From NCBI GenBank assembly GCA_002269645.1, contig NIVC01000040.1:310001-374000 (forward strand): 64,000 bases of DNA, in the 5' to 3' direction. The translations under genes and the position numbers were made by a program. This DNA is from Macrostomum lignano (lineage: Eukaryota). The notes under the pieces are model-generated. The model searched no databases and was not told the DNA's origin. It was given only the letters and a program-made list of their open reading frames with translations. Of this stretch, positions 51,934-64,000 are shown one piece after another (the stretch's first letter is position 1; every line of letters starts with the position of its first letter).

Positions 51934-52600
51934 TCATCCAGCAGGCTCGCCATCAGCTGCAGAAGGCAATCGATCTAGTATTTCATTTAGAGACTGATGT
52001 TCTTCGACAACTGACATTTGAGGATCTGCCATCAGCGACTGCTCTTGCGCCGCGAGTTCAACTTGTTCTGATGGAGAATCAATCCCGTTAATAGCGTTGG
52101 TTGTGCTGACCACCGAATCCTTGTCAGATTCGACTGTAGTAGAGTGCTTTGATTTACGGGCTCGAACATGTACATGATAGATTGTGAAGACTACAAGCAA
52201 AACAAACATAAGTCCAAGGCAGCTTGAAAGCGTCGCGATGATGCTACGAAGCTTGTGGATTTCATCATGAAGCTGCTCAATTTTACTTTCAGACGCTGAA
52301 CTTGACTCAGTTGTCGATGGAGTGCCACACGGAGGACATGCCGCACGTGTCGGCCCGGGACAGGTGCTTTGGCCAGAAAGATTTTCTGGCTTCCTGTTGG
52401 TTGTCACAGCGTCAGGACTGGCGGTGGTTGGCATGTTCTGCCAAGTGGAACAGTTGGGAAGAAGACACACGCCTTGATCCCAAAGTTGTTTGCACTTCGA
52501 GCCCCAATATTTCTCCATCAATCGGTGCGCCTGACTACAATCGTAGCACATACGTGGACAGGCTCTCTTCTGCCGAGTGCTTTCGTCCCAGTACGTAGGG
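51934..52600 (-). CDS. TNFR-like CRD membrane protein, paralog E; 5' end (signal peptide and first Cys) not found
   Basis: The frame reads PTYWDESTRQKRACPRMCYDCSQAHRLMEKYWGSKCKQLWDQGVC..., T/S/P stalk, TM IIATLSSCLGLMFVLLVVFTIY, ~70-aa tail. There is an in-frame TAA just upstream. AATAAA at 51822-51817. Confidence 0.65.
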
Positions 52601-54316
52601 AAAAATTAACATAGAATCCTAATTTTCTGAACGGAAAGCTTTATAAATATCGATAGAGCAATAAAAAAGGCACAACATATCAAAAGATCAACACTGGATC
52701 TGCCTCCTATCAAAAGTTATAGCAATTTTTGTGCTGAAAAATGAAAATTTCCTATCTCCGTAGTGTATTTTTTTCGGGAAAAAGTGCCTTCAAAACTTTT
52801 CTAAGAAACGAGGTTTCCCGTCCTTCTACTTAAGTCGTCCTTGGTGTGTGCATTGTTTTATTAATTAACTATATTGATTGCCATAGACAAAGTTTCCTGC
52901 AGTTTGGCCATAGATTATTAATTGCCATACGGTACAGTCGCATTATTTACATGTAGGATTCACAGGGCGCGTCTCAGGCTTCAACGCATTGCGGCAGTGA
53001 TCAGGCGTGACCTTTGAGGCGTATATATCGCGTTGTATACTTCAACACGATTGATTATTGAGCAACATGTACATGTATAATTGCATATTTAGATCAACTT
53101 TCATTTTGGCAACCGGAATTTCGACATTGGATGCCAAATACTGTAGGGATCCCAAGTTTCTTCATACTGGAAAAGTAATTAGTTGAAGTTCATATTTATT
53201 AGCTGTAACTTCCGCCAGAGGCTCATCAGCGAAAAGGTAGAGTAGAGACGCGTACGCGTTGGTATTTTATTTGACTTTAAACATTTTCAGATGCTTAAAA
53301 ATTTGATTTGATTACGTTTACGATTTGAACCCAGGATGTCAAATGTCACTGCGCAATTCTGAACTTAAAAATTTTGGGCTGAAGTTAAACATACTTGATG
53401 TAACCGCCCTTGTCGCCTGTCCGCTCCTATTGAGAGACGAACGCTTGGCTAGAGGGGGCGATGACCGTAGGCTGCCTATGACCGGGCAATGACCTGACGG
53501 ACCTCCAGCACCAGACTGTCCCGCCCACATGATTAGTAGCTTTGGTAGCGCTTCGTGACCAGAGGGCCAAGGACCCACATGGACCCCACCTGTAGCCAAG
53601 GTGCAATAGTTGGCTGCCACCACTCTATGTGACCTGGCGCACCTGGATCTTTCTACCAGACCTCTCGAGGCTAGAGCCCCGCCTGGATTGGTTACCAGGG
53701 GATTTAGGCTAACAGGGGAGACGCATGCAGCCGAGTACAGGGACTCTGCTTGGGGCATGATCGGGAACTCTGGGCTCAATCCTGGAGGATTTCTCAGCAG
53801 GGGATCCTTAGTGGCTGTGAGCGAGGCTGGCTTGCGACTTTGATTACTAAGAGTAGTATGAGGCGAACATGTACTGTCTCTAGTTTAGATTGCTCAGGGC
53901 GAAGGGACGCGTTAGCATGGGGTTGCAACCTTCCTACTGCCATTCTGTGCCAAGACTCGCTAATCCCTCTACTGCACGCACACGCGGCCCCGCAGCACGC
54001 ACTCACAGGCGGGCTTTGCACGGGGAGAGGCCATTAGCTTACCCAAACTTCCTTATGCTTTGCCACCCCGGGAGAAAGGCTTAGCAAGCCATGAGTTAAA
54101 TGATGGTGAAAGATTGAATAATGATGAAGTTAGTTAATAGTTAATAATTAGGCCCTTAGGCGAATAATCAGGCGATTAGGCGACTTCACTATTGAGTAAA
54201 ATACAGCAAAAGATACGGTATCACAATTGGCTCAGCTCTCTAATCAGACAATGGAAAATAGGCAAACCCCGGATAAGCAAAGGCAATTAGAGCACAAATT
54301 AGTAACAGGAACTTAC

Positions 54317-54729
54317 CGGCAGCTGCCCAGAGAGAGAGAGAGAGGCGGAGTGACCGAGGGTGGCTGTAGGCTGCAGTCAGGCAGACAGTGAAGCGGCGAT
54401 GCGCTGGAGCGGCGAGGCGCTGATGTAGATCAGGCGATGCTGATGATGCTGAGCGGTATCAGACCGCTGGCCGATAGGCGAGCTCACTTGGGGAGCTAAG
54501 GATAACTTGGCAGTAACAGACCGCGGACCGGCAGGGATTCGTCTTATAGACGAATGGGTCAGAATTCAGTCTGACGGCAAGCCCAAAGAGGCGCCAAGGT
54601 GGAAGAGCTTGATGATTCTCATGCCGAAATCGCTTCCTTTTATAGACCTCACAGCCGCCTCCTCAAGGTCGTTACCATGGCTCCCTCTCTCTGATTGGCT
54701 GCCGGCAGAATGACGTCAGAATGAGTCAT
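54317..54729 (-). promoter_or_regulatory. Promoter-like module (AP-1, CRE, CCAAT, TATA) followed by a putative non-coding first exon with a splice donor
   Basis: ATGAGTCAT 54721-29, TGACGTCA 54711-18, CCAAT 54698-94, TATAAAA 54644-38 and CCG|GTAAGT at 54317, all in the correct order for leftward transcription. Confidence 0.55.
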
Positions 54730-55611
54730 GATGAGAAGCATGAGACCGGCATAGCAACATGAGAAATAGGGAAATTGCGCAATCCGGAGGTGGGGTGGGG
54801 GGATAATTGGCGCAGCGGGTGGTTGCGAAAGTGTTGCGCAAGCAAACATTGAGAACAATAGGGCTGGGGTCGAGAACAAAGGAATTGGAAATCGGGGATA
54901 ATTGGGGAGAACTGAGAACAATGGAAACGTAAACATTGGGGAAAAGTTGATAATTAGGTGCGAAAACGAGAACAAAAGAAAGAGAAAATCGGAGAAAATG
55001 TGATAATTGGTGGGGGTCGAGAGAACAAAAGAATCAAAAACGAGAACAATAGAAGCGGAGGTGGGGTGGGTGTCGCATGAGAAATTTGGGGAGGAGAACA
55101 ATGGCATGAGAAAAGGTTGCGCAAGAGAGGGGGGTGAGTCATCGGGGGGAAGAAGGGGTCACACGACTTGCGTCACCGTTTGGGAGTTTGGGAAAGGATG
55201 GGAGGACGGTGAGCACACAACATACTGTAAGTAGACGTAGAGAAAGAGGGGACAGCGCAAGAAAAGAGTGCAGAGAGAGACAAAAAGAGGGGGGGATAGG
55301 GGAAGTACCAGAAGAATAGGGTGGAGTGCAGCGGAGATAAGGTAGAGGGGAGGGTACAGAGAGGGACAGGGAGCTCCGGAAAGGCAGGTGTGGCGGCAGG
55401 GGAGACCGAACCAAGGCAGCAGGGGGGTGCAGCAGAGCGGGAGTCTCCAGGCCTGGTCGGAAACCTGGCCGAGTCTCGACGGCTCTGTGCAGGGGGGTAC
55501 ACGGGATAGGAGGCACTTACGAAAAAGTTCCCATGCCCTATCCCGCGACCAGAGCGTGGTTACATCATACTCATGAACATACATGTAAATCCAATGTAGT
55601 TCATAATAATA

Positions 55612-55835
55612 CACCTTTTCACGTTCGATCCCGAACAAAGTCCAGTTCTAAAAAAACTAGCGGAAATTCAATTCAGACAATTCAGACTGGGGCAACAAAA
55701 CCCAGTTCAAAACATTCTGCTACGGAAGCGAGGTTTAGCCATAGACAAAATTGTCCCCAGTCGGAATTGTCTGAATTGAATCTCCGCTAGTTTCTTTAGA
55801 ACTGGACTTTGTTCAAAATTGAACGTGAAAAGGTG
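55612..55835. mobile_element. 224-bp MITE with ~82-bp terminal inverted repeats, flanked by TA
   Basis: CACCTTTTCACGTTC...GACTGGGG matches its reverse complement with about 7 differences; TA at 55610-11 and 55836-37. Confidence 0.85.
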
Positions 55836-56354
55836 TAGTACAATAGTATGTGAATGACTGATTACACCTGCCATAATTGGGCCAGATGTGCAACCAACAG
55901 CTCAGCCGAAGCTATTGCGTGGAGCATCTGACGGCTGCGTGCGACTGTTCAGTCCAAGGACTGGGGGGTCGCTACACACACGCTCAATTACTAATTTTAC
56001 AATTTTACACTTATGGGACTGATTAATAAACATTAGTATACGAGTGTCTATTGTTGATAGCCAATATTTCTTAATAGAACTGTTAATCAGATAATTGCAC
56101 TTGCACAGGTACACGTTTTAGTAAATGTTTAAGATCTGTCTCTGCTTTATTTAGAAAGCAGTATATGAATGTAACTTTATATTTTTATGACACTAGTGGC
56201 AAACTAACGAGCGTATCGTACATTGTACAGTACATAGTTGGTAAAAAAACTAAGACAATTTCAAAATCTGTCATAATTTCTTGTGATTAATAATTTTTAA
56301 AATATTTAGAAAAGCAATCGAATTTTTTTTCGAAAGAAGTATAATTTTACAGCG

Positions 56355-57413
56355 AGGGTCCCTGATAGGCTAAACGAAAATGGGCTGGCGGCGGCTTTGT
56401 AGGCAGGAGTGTACCCAGCTGCGCATGGAAGCGACGCCTGTGGAGGAAGGGGCCAGCAGGGGAATCCCATTGTGGCAGCTGGTGAGAAAGTGTGTGAACC
56501 TGGCGGAGATCGGGCAGAAGGAAAGAGCGGCTGATGAAGAGAGACAGCGGGCGGAGGCATGGCTGATGGACAACAAAGCGGAGCTGACGGGTGTACACGG
56601 AGGGCTCGGTGGGAATGGACCGGAACGGAGGAGCAGGAGTCACGGTGTATAGAGGGGAGCGGCTGACGGATTTCAGTGGGCCGGCTGGACCGGACTGCCC
56701 ATCGATACAGGCCGAGGTGCGGGCGTTGTGGTTGGTGATCGAGTGGCTGGAAGAACAAGAGTGGAGGTCGACAACCATTGTCAGCGATAGTCAGGCAGCG
56801 CTGCAAGCGCTAGCGAAGAGGGGCCCCAGCGAGTGGGAAGACGTTGCCCGCTGCTGGGAGATCGCCAGAGGTGGCCGGACAGGATGCTGCAGTTGAAGTG
56901 GATGGCAAGGGCACGTGGGCATCGAGGGAAACGAAAGGGCGGACAGGAGAGCGGCGGAAGGGCGGGAGAGCAGGTACAACAGGTGGTCGCGGAAGGGCGC
57001 ATTAAGAGCAGGTTGAAGAGCGCAGAGTGGCAGCACGAGAGGCAGGACGCATCAAGAGGAACGGACGCATCAAGTGGCAGGTGGAGTGTGGGTGGCAGAG
57101 GACGGAGCGGCGTAACTAAGCCAGATTCAGGACTGGCCACAACCCGGAGTTCGCGGACTACGGCAGAAGGATAGGGCTAAGGCAGGAGGGCACATGCCAG
57201 CTGTGCGGTATTGAGCCGGAGACGAACGAACACGTGCTGCTGCAGTGCCTCCTGACCGAGCAGCGGCGGATGGCGGGTATCATGAACCTTAGCACTGTGT
57301 GTCAGCAACCCCAGCAGTGCTACTCCTTGTGGAGGGATTTCCGGGAGAGAGTGGGGTTGCTTAAGGAAGAGAGAAGTAAGGATTAGATTCCGTCGGTTGG
57401 CAACAACAACAAC
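56355..57413 (+). mobile_element. 5'-truncated, decayed non-LTR retrotransposon (I-group type): RNase H, C-terminal CCHC finger and (CAA)n tail
   Basis: VYTEGS...GGAGV...SIQAEVRAL...TIVSDSQAAL, then frameshifted GHVGIEGNERAD; ARFRTGH...CQLCGIEPETNEHVLLQC; stop at 57384-86; CAACAACAACAAC tail. Confidence 0.88.
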
Positions 57414-57517
57414 AGCAAAGGGTGAATAATGGCAGAAGCATAAGCAAGAGGTATGATATAAGCGGTAGCGGTAACTATAGGTGTGAAGGTTCAAGGCTAA
57501 AGCGAGCAGCAATTTCC

Positions 57518-57820
57518 ACTTCCCACTTCCAATTATACTTAGATTAACTTAACCCAAATTTAATAGCCCTGCACATTTGAGCACCACAGGACATACCGAT
57601 ATATTCTTTCCTGGGGGTCTTTAACCACAATGACCTCCACTAGATGAGTCCCCCCTTCCCACGATTCCCACAATTTTGACTTCCCACTTCCAATTATACT
57701 TAAATTAACTTAACCCAAACTTAATAGCCCCACACATTTGAGCACCACAGTACATACCGATATATTCTTTCCTGAGGGTCTTTAACCACAATGACCTCCA
57801 CTAGATGAGTCCCCCCTCAC
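57518..57820. repeat. Two-copy direct duplication, ~161-bp period
   Basis: acttcccacttccaattatactt...ctagatgagtcccccc at 57518 and 57679. Confidence 0.85.
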
Positions 57821-60800
57821 TGTTTGAGATGGGGCAGCTGCCCTCTCCGTCCATCCACCTGTTCTGCGACAGCTCGTATGTGTTAATGACTACTAAAAGT
57901 AGAAAGATATGCCAGGTCTCTTTTTTTATAAAGCTTTCAAGGAAGTTCCAGGAAGTCAGAAACACTAACTCCCAGAGATAGAGAATAATGGTAACAAAAT
58001 CCCATCTATTAGAAACAAACCATGCCACCAATTAATCAACAATTTACAACATAACCATTTTTGGCAACAGAAATCGGTAAACCAAATGCAAACAAAACAT
58101 TCTATCGAGTGGCCAAGTGGTAACAGCTGAATCATAATGTTTTCTTAGTAGCTATCAGTTCTTTTGTTTTTCTAATTCTTTTAGCTACCATCAATGCTTA
58201 ATGCTTAGATTTTTTGTGCAAAATCAATAAAAATCAATTTTTTAGAAATTATATAATTTTCATCTTAAATAATCATTCATAATTACAGTATAAAAATCAA
58301 AGGCCATAAAGGCTATCAAATAAGCTGCTTTCTAAATTAGTATGCATTAACACTGTATTAGTCTGAGTATAACAATCAGTTAAACATTCAATAAACATAG
58401 CTAGTGCAAGTGCAAAAACTATTAACAATTTTTAACAAAACATGGGCTAGCAACGAAACATTTGCAATCAATAACAGAAAAGTAACAAAAAATGGTTACC
58501 AAGTTACCCAAGTATCCATTATACTAAAAATGGTTTTATTTTTTTCTGAATTTTTAAATCTGAAATGATTGCATTCATAAATCATAATTGAGACAAAATC
58601 ATTGTTTATTATGGTTTTATGTAGAATATAGTTTTTGGACATTGTACAAACTCCAAAACTAGTGAAGTTTATCATTTTAAAAAATGAGATGAATGAAATT
58701 TTGGGAATATGAGGCTATGTCTATATGAACAAATAGTCATTTAATAATTTCAAATTCTTTTTTATCCCTAAATTTATTTTTAAGAGCACAGAAAAACAAA
58801 CAATAACTTACATTTTTAATGACACAGGAACAGACAGAACACTATAGGAACAGGAACAGCTTCAGTCAGCTAAAATATGAATTTTTTATTATAGGAACAT
58901 AGTCTTTTAATAAGCAACACTAAGATTAAGTTCATATTAGAATAACAATTAAAGCCTATTTATTGTATAACATTTTTATTGAAAAACTATAGTTAGACAC
59001 AGTATATTAATTGAGCTTACTAAATAAATAACATATATTAATTAAAAATGAATAAGCAAAATAGAAAAAATTGTCTTTCTATTATCCCAAAAATATGTAC
59101 AATGTTGTCCTTAGCATAAACATTATATTTTCTATGATTCCATCCATTGCTTACCAAGTTCCCCACTCATGCTTGGGTGCAACCTAGGGATTCACCTGGC
59201 AATTTCTATAGTAGGCAACACACACATGTAAGTTGCTATTGAGTATTGGATGAACATGGACTAGTAGTCATGTGACTACTCTTAGCCATTAGCAACTTAC
59301 GTAGTATATTGCCAATAGAAATGGCTGAGTGATTCATAAGGTTGCACATGTATGTTCCTACTAATCTTTTGTCTTCCTAATCTTTTCTAGCCACTAAGCT
59401 AATTGCCAACAGTGACCAAAGAGAAAAGGGAGATAGAGTTTGAGTTTTTATTGATTATATTATCTAACTTATTTTATTTAGAATCTTTCCTAAATAAAAT
59501 AGGCCTATCAAAAGCCTCATTTGGGTATGGCCAAAATTATCACTTCAAAATTGTCATATGATAATGACACCTTGAGCAAATCCATAAGACTTTAACATTT
59601 AAATATGACAATTTCTATCAAAAGCAATTAAGAGTGTATTTATAATTTATATAATTTAATATGATTAAAGTTTATATTTATATCATTTCTACCAATTTAT
59701 ACAGAGTCCTGCCAAAACCAAATTTTCCCATATATATATATATATATACATAGCTATATTTCAAAATTTTCCTATAGCCTAGGCCTATCTATAACCATAG
59801 CTAGTAAGCTAGTTAACTTTCCATAACTGTTGTACAATGCTAAGACCTAGACCCTGACAGATGCCTTAGAGATACAGCTAAATGCTGCATTTGTAGCCAT
59901 GCTGCATGTAGCATTTACAGTATGCAGCAATCTAGGCAACAAGACCAATACCACACTCTACACAGGGGTGTGCCAGATGCCACCTTCTGACTTGCTTTGA
60001 GGGTGACAACTTTAACTTTGACTGGCTGGCTATGTCATCTGGTTAGAGGTCCTTTGCCCTGATCTGCTACACAATGTACGGCTGCTCAAGATGCAAGAAC
60101 TGCACATTGCACAGGTGAGGCCTAGGGTGAATGGTGAGATTCTCTTCTCTGCCCCTTTTTCTATTCCCATTCTACCCACGGTTTCAACCCACTTCAGCAA
60201 AAGAATTTTTGGCAAAATTCAATAACAGCAAAAAATACTTTCGCAATGACCATTTCATCTAAAAGCTAGTAGTAGTAGTAATAGTAAGTTTGGCTCAGGC
60301 AAGAAGCCTGTTTGGCCAGTATAAGTCAGTATATTTAATAATAATTCAATAGGAGATATTTATGTATAAGTACGTGATGTGGCCCAAGTTTTGCAATAAT
60401 ATAGTATTTGAAAGAGCGCTTAATTTTTTTTCCTACGAAATTTCAAACGATCTTTAATGACTAACGAAGCAAAAAGTATTTAAGCAAGGAATTAAAAAAC
60501 AAGCATTGTATGATCTTGATGTATAGCAATTATTCATTTGTATAATTGGTGTATATATTATTATTATTATTGGTGCAATCAGGTGTGTATGTATTAATCA
60601 GACAATAAAAGATGAAAGAAAGAAATAACCACAAATAGAGCGCTTATCAAAATAAAGCGCGATTAGAAAAAAATTTGGTATACAAATAAACGCGTAGAAC
60701 GGAATAAATTTTACCGGTTTTGTTTAAAAGAAGCTGAGGAGCAGCTGACCATTTCAGCGAAAGATTTGTTTCAAGGTGAAGAGTTTTTGTTGTTTTACGC

Positions 60801-60934
60801 TCGTAGAAGTAAGTTAAGAAGAAACGAACTTTAAAAAAACTAATTTTAGTGTGACATATTTTTGTTCTGTCGCAGTTTAATTCCGTTGTTTTATTAAATG
60901 CCGTTCCGTTACGGCTTGTGTCGTGTGGGGGAGG

Positions 60935-61342
60935 CTTCACAAGCGCTAATTTTCATAAGCGCTAACTCAACCTACTTTCACAAGCACTAAACTTCACAAG
61001 CGCTAAACTTCATAACCGCTAACTTAATTACTTTCACAAGCGCTAAATTGCACAAGTGCCAAGCTTCACGTACATAGCTAAAAATTCACCACCTACTTTC
61101 ACAAACGCTATAAATTTCACAAGCGCTAAACTTCACAAGCGCTAAACTTCATAACCGCTAACTTAATTACTTTCACAAGCGCTAAATTGCACAAGTGCCA
61201 AGCTTCACGTACATAGCTAAAAATTCACCACCTACTTTCACAAGTGCTAAATTTCACAAGCGCTAAACTTCACAAGCGCTAAACTTCATAACCGCTAACT
61301 TAATTACTTTCACAAACGCTAAATTTCACAAGCGCTAAACTT
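60935..61342. repeat. Modular minisatellite with a TTCACAAGCGCTAAA core
   Basis: Repeated core with larger repeating blocks. Confidence 0.85.
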
Positions 61343-61437
61343 CAGAATAGCGAAACCAGGGGCAGACCGAGGGGGGGGGGCAAGGGGGCCATGTTCGTGC
61401 AGGACGACACGAGTGATGCATTCCAAGAAGGTTTTGA

Positions 61438-64000
61438 CCCAGTCAAAGCAATGCCGTTGCCTCGACGTCGCTAACACGTCGCAAAATAACGTCGCCAAAC
61501 CAGCCATTTTGTCGCGCGCGGCGACGTTGCCATTACGACCCCAGGCGACGTCAAAATTTTACGTACTGGCGACCAACTATTACAGATTGCTTAGCACCTT
61601 CAATATAGTGCGAATCTCGAAATCATAATTCAATTAATTTTTACTAAGATTATAGATGAAATTAAACGAAGATTAATAAGCTACCTTGCTCTGGTTAAAT
61701 ATCTTGATTGAATTTATAAATTATTCAATATAATTCAATTTAAAAAAGGTTTTTTGTTGGTTAATTTAGTTATTATTATCAGAAAAGTAATTTATACACA
61801 GTTACACTCAAAGACAAATGATTTTGAATTTACAAATGCATTTTGAAGTGCAGATATTTTACTCACTGAGAAGGGTCAAAGGGACAATAAAAAACAGTGT
61901 CAAACGAAAATAGTGTCAAACGAAATTGCTCCAGATTTTCCAGTTAAACCTTACAACATGTTTGCAGCATAATTATTACTTAAATCGAACCATTTCCTTC
62001 TCATCAAGTCCCCCTCGAATCAGACTGCAGAGAACTAGGTCCTGGAGCCAGCGACGGAACTGCACTGCATGCACAGCTTGTGGACAAGGCAATTATGCTG
62101 CAATGGAATTTATCAGTACATTTACATTAGTGACAATTGGACTACAATGCTGAACATTATCATTTTACAACAGGAAAGAAATTAAGTTTCATTTTTCTAA
62201 CTTGAAATATCTGACTTTAAGCATTAAGCATACTCACTATTCTTAAAAGGAAATGGTGGGACACTGAAAGCAGCCAACTTTGCCATGGTCCTCCACATCA
62301 TGACTCAGATGTATCAGGAAATACAGAAATAGAAGTTCCTGAAGTTATTGTCTTGCTGATGTCCTGATGGACCTGCTCAATGCTCATGAATGTTCATCAG
62401 GCTTTGTGTTGACATAATCTCTTTGGTATTCTGCTGTAATTAGCTGCAATTGCCTTATCTGGTGCACATGATGGGAGCATGACATTATTTAACTTCTTGG
62501 GCAAAGTATGCCATCTACAATGCAAAATTTGATAAAAATATATTATCTGTATATAAGAAACAAAAAATGAATATTTTTTCAAGGAAATACATAGAATAAA
62601 AGCTTATAAAAATCAATTTTTAATAATCTATAGGTAGCTATTATTTAAGATAAAGATTTATAGGCCTTTTAGTTAGTTACATTAATTTGATTAATAATTT
62701 ATTAGATAATTAGATAATTATTAAAGATTAAAAAAGGATTAGATATTTAATAATTTTATTAGATTTTATTAGAATTTTTTAATTTCTATCAATAAATTGA
62801 AGGATAAAAGGCAAAAAATAATAGGCTTACCAAAAAGCTAAGTTAGACATAGAAATTGGTTAAGTTTTCAAAGCAAAGTTTTCAAAGCATAAATTATAAA
62901 GCAATTTAAAATAAATAGACAAAATAGGGCCTAATCAATGGCATGCTAATGGCAATCCCAATACATAGTCATTATAAAAGTAGGCCTATAAGCCTAAAAA
63001 ATGCAAAAAAATTCTATAAACTAACCTTTTAAATTCCTAATTATTAGTACACTAGAATAATTTTCAAAATATGAATTTTGGCCAAAGATTAGATTAAATA
63101 AAGTTAGGGCCTAACTATCAACATTAATATGTATGTCATTATAAATATAAATAATTTTGTAAATCATATCTTATTAGATAGCCTAGGTCTAGTCAATGGT
63201 CTACATTATTAAATTAAGGCCTAACAATATAAAAGGCCAACTTAAGCTTATAAAATAAAGTCTCAATAATCCCCTTGCTTGTTTTCCCCAATTTAAAGTC
63301 CAATTTTTATTGCTTTTTTCCAACCCAGCTTTCTGTCATTGTAAGCAGAATGACACCATTTGTGTACATAGCATCATAGGTTACTAAGGAACAGGCTCCA
63401 CTTTATGAACTTGATTTGACAAGCCTTTTGGTTTGGCCAAAAACACAACACAATATTTATAGGTAGGTAGGCTGAGGCAAAATTAGGTTTGCTTGTTAAG
63501 ATGTAGACAGCACAAAGAAAATGATAAATTTGAATAATCGTTAAAGACAGTTGACCACAGACCTCTATCATCTTATAAATATAAGGTCATACAAAATTAT
63601 ACCACACAAGGTACAGAGATCAAATGCAGAATTAATTATTTAGCTACTTCTGTCACTATTAATCAGTAAATTTACTTATTGTCAAAAGAAACAGTTCGTA
63701 TTTTGCTACTTCGATCAAGAAAATTTTACTATCCATCGTATAACAAACGAACAAACAACCTTCGTGTAGAAATAAAGGATAGTTCAGCTCAACTAGTTTA
63801 AAAATTCATAAAAAAGTTATTCCGATTTAAGTAAGGATATAAAATCTTCTATAGCATATCAAATATTTTTTGAAAAGAGCCTACGTCGCAAGCCCTACTC
63901 TCCTTGCATGGATAAATCATGGATGAAGCATCCATGATGCCATGTATGGATCATACCTGAACATGTATGGAGCCATACCTGATCATACATGGTTCCACGT
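61438..64000 (-). mobile_element. Probable terminus of a second CMC/EnSpm element with a decayed transposase exon
   Basis: CCCAGTCAAAGC terminus; clustered GCGACGT/ACGTCGC subterminal repeats at 61460-61575; minus-strand LIHLSHDVEDHG..CF / FPFKN at 62317-62239 followed by GTGAGT. Confidence 0.4.

Noticed and set aside
53330-54090. GC-rich block with several short ORFs
   Set aside because: No recognisable protein motif; possibly a retroelement UTR, but this is not supportable without a search
61926-62153. CTACTACGQGNY resembling a TNFR CRD fragment
   Set aside because: Opposite strand to the cluster, only three Cys, no signal peptide, and it lies within the putative transposon

Overview
Eukaryotic (animal) DNA; roughly half of it is tandem repeat. 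The repeat load, GT-AG introns and gene types suggest a free-living flatworm such as Macrostomum (inference only). Three gene loci could be rebuilt by hand, all on the minus strand. (1) A 4-exon, 192-aa membrane protein with a Shadoo-like RGG/GY N-terminus and a Shisa-like six-cysteine domain (6859-3109). (2) A 10-exon, 564-aa MFSD4-like MFS transporter with a 12-nt first coding exon and a GC-AG intron (22954-14181). (3) A tandem cluster of five divergent genes, each with a single coding exon, encoding small TNF-receptor-like proteins with one cysteine-rich domain (38304-52600). These include membrane forms, a TM-less form, a form with a VNTR stalk and a 5'-incomplete form. A CRE/AP-1/CCAAT/TATA promoter-like module and a non-coding exon lie upstream of the cluster. 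Nearly every long intron holds its own private minisatellite. Mobile DNA includes a 3.1-kb CCC-ended CMC/EnSpm-type element inserted in a satellite of about 10 kb, a probable second CMC end, a MITE, and a 5'-truncated RNase H-bearing LINE. Most ORFs in the supplied track are artefacts of repeats.
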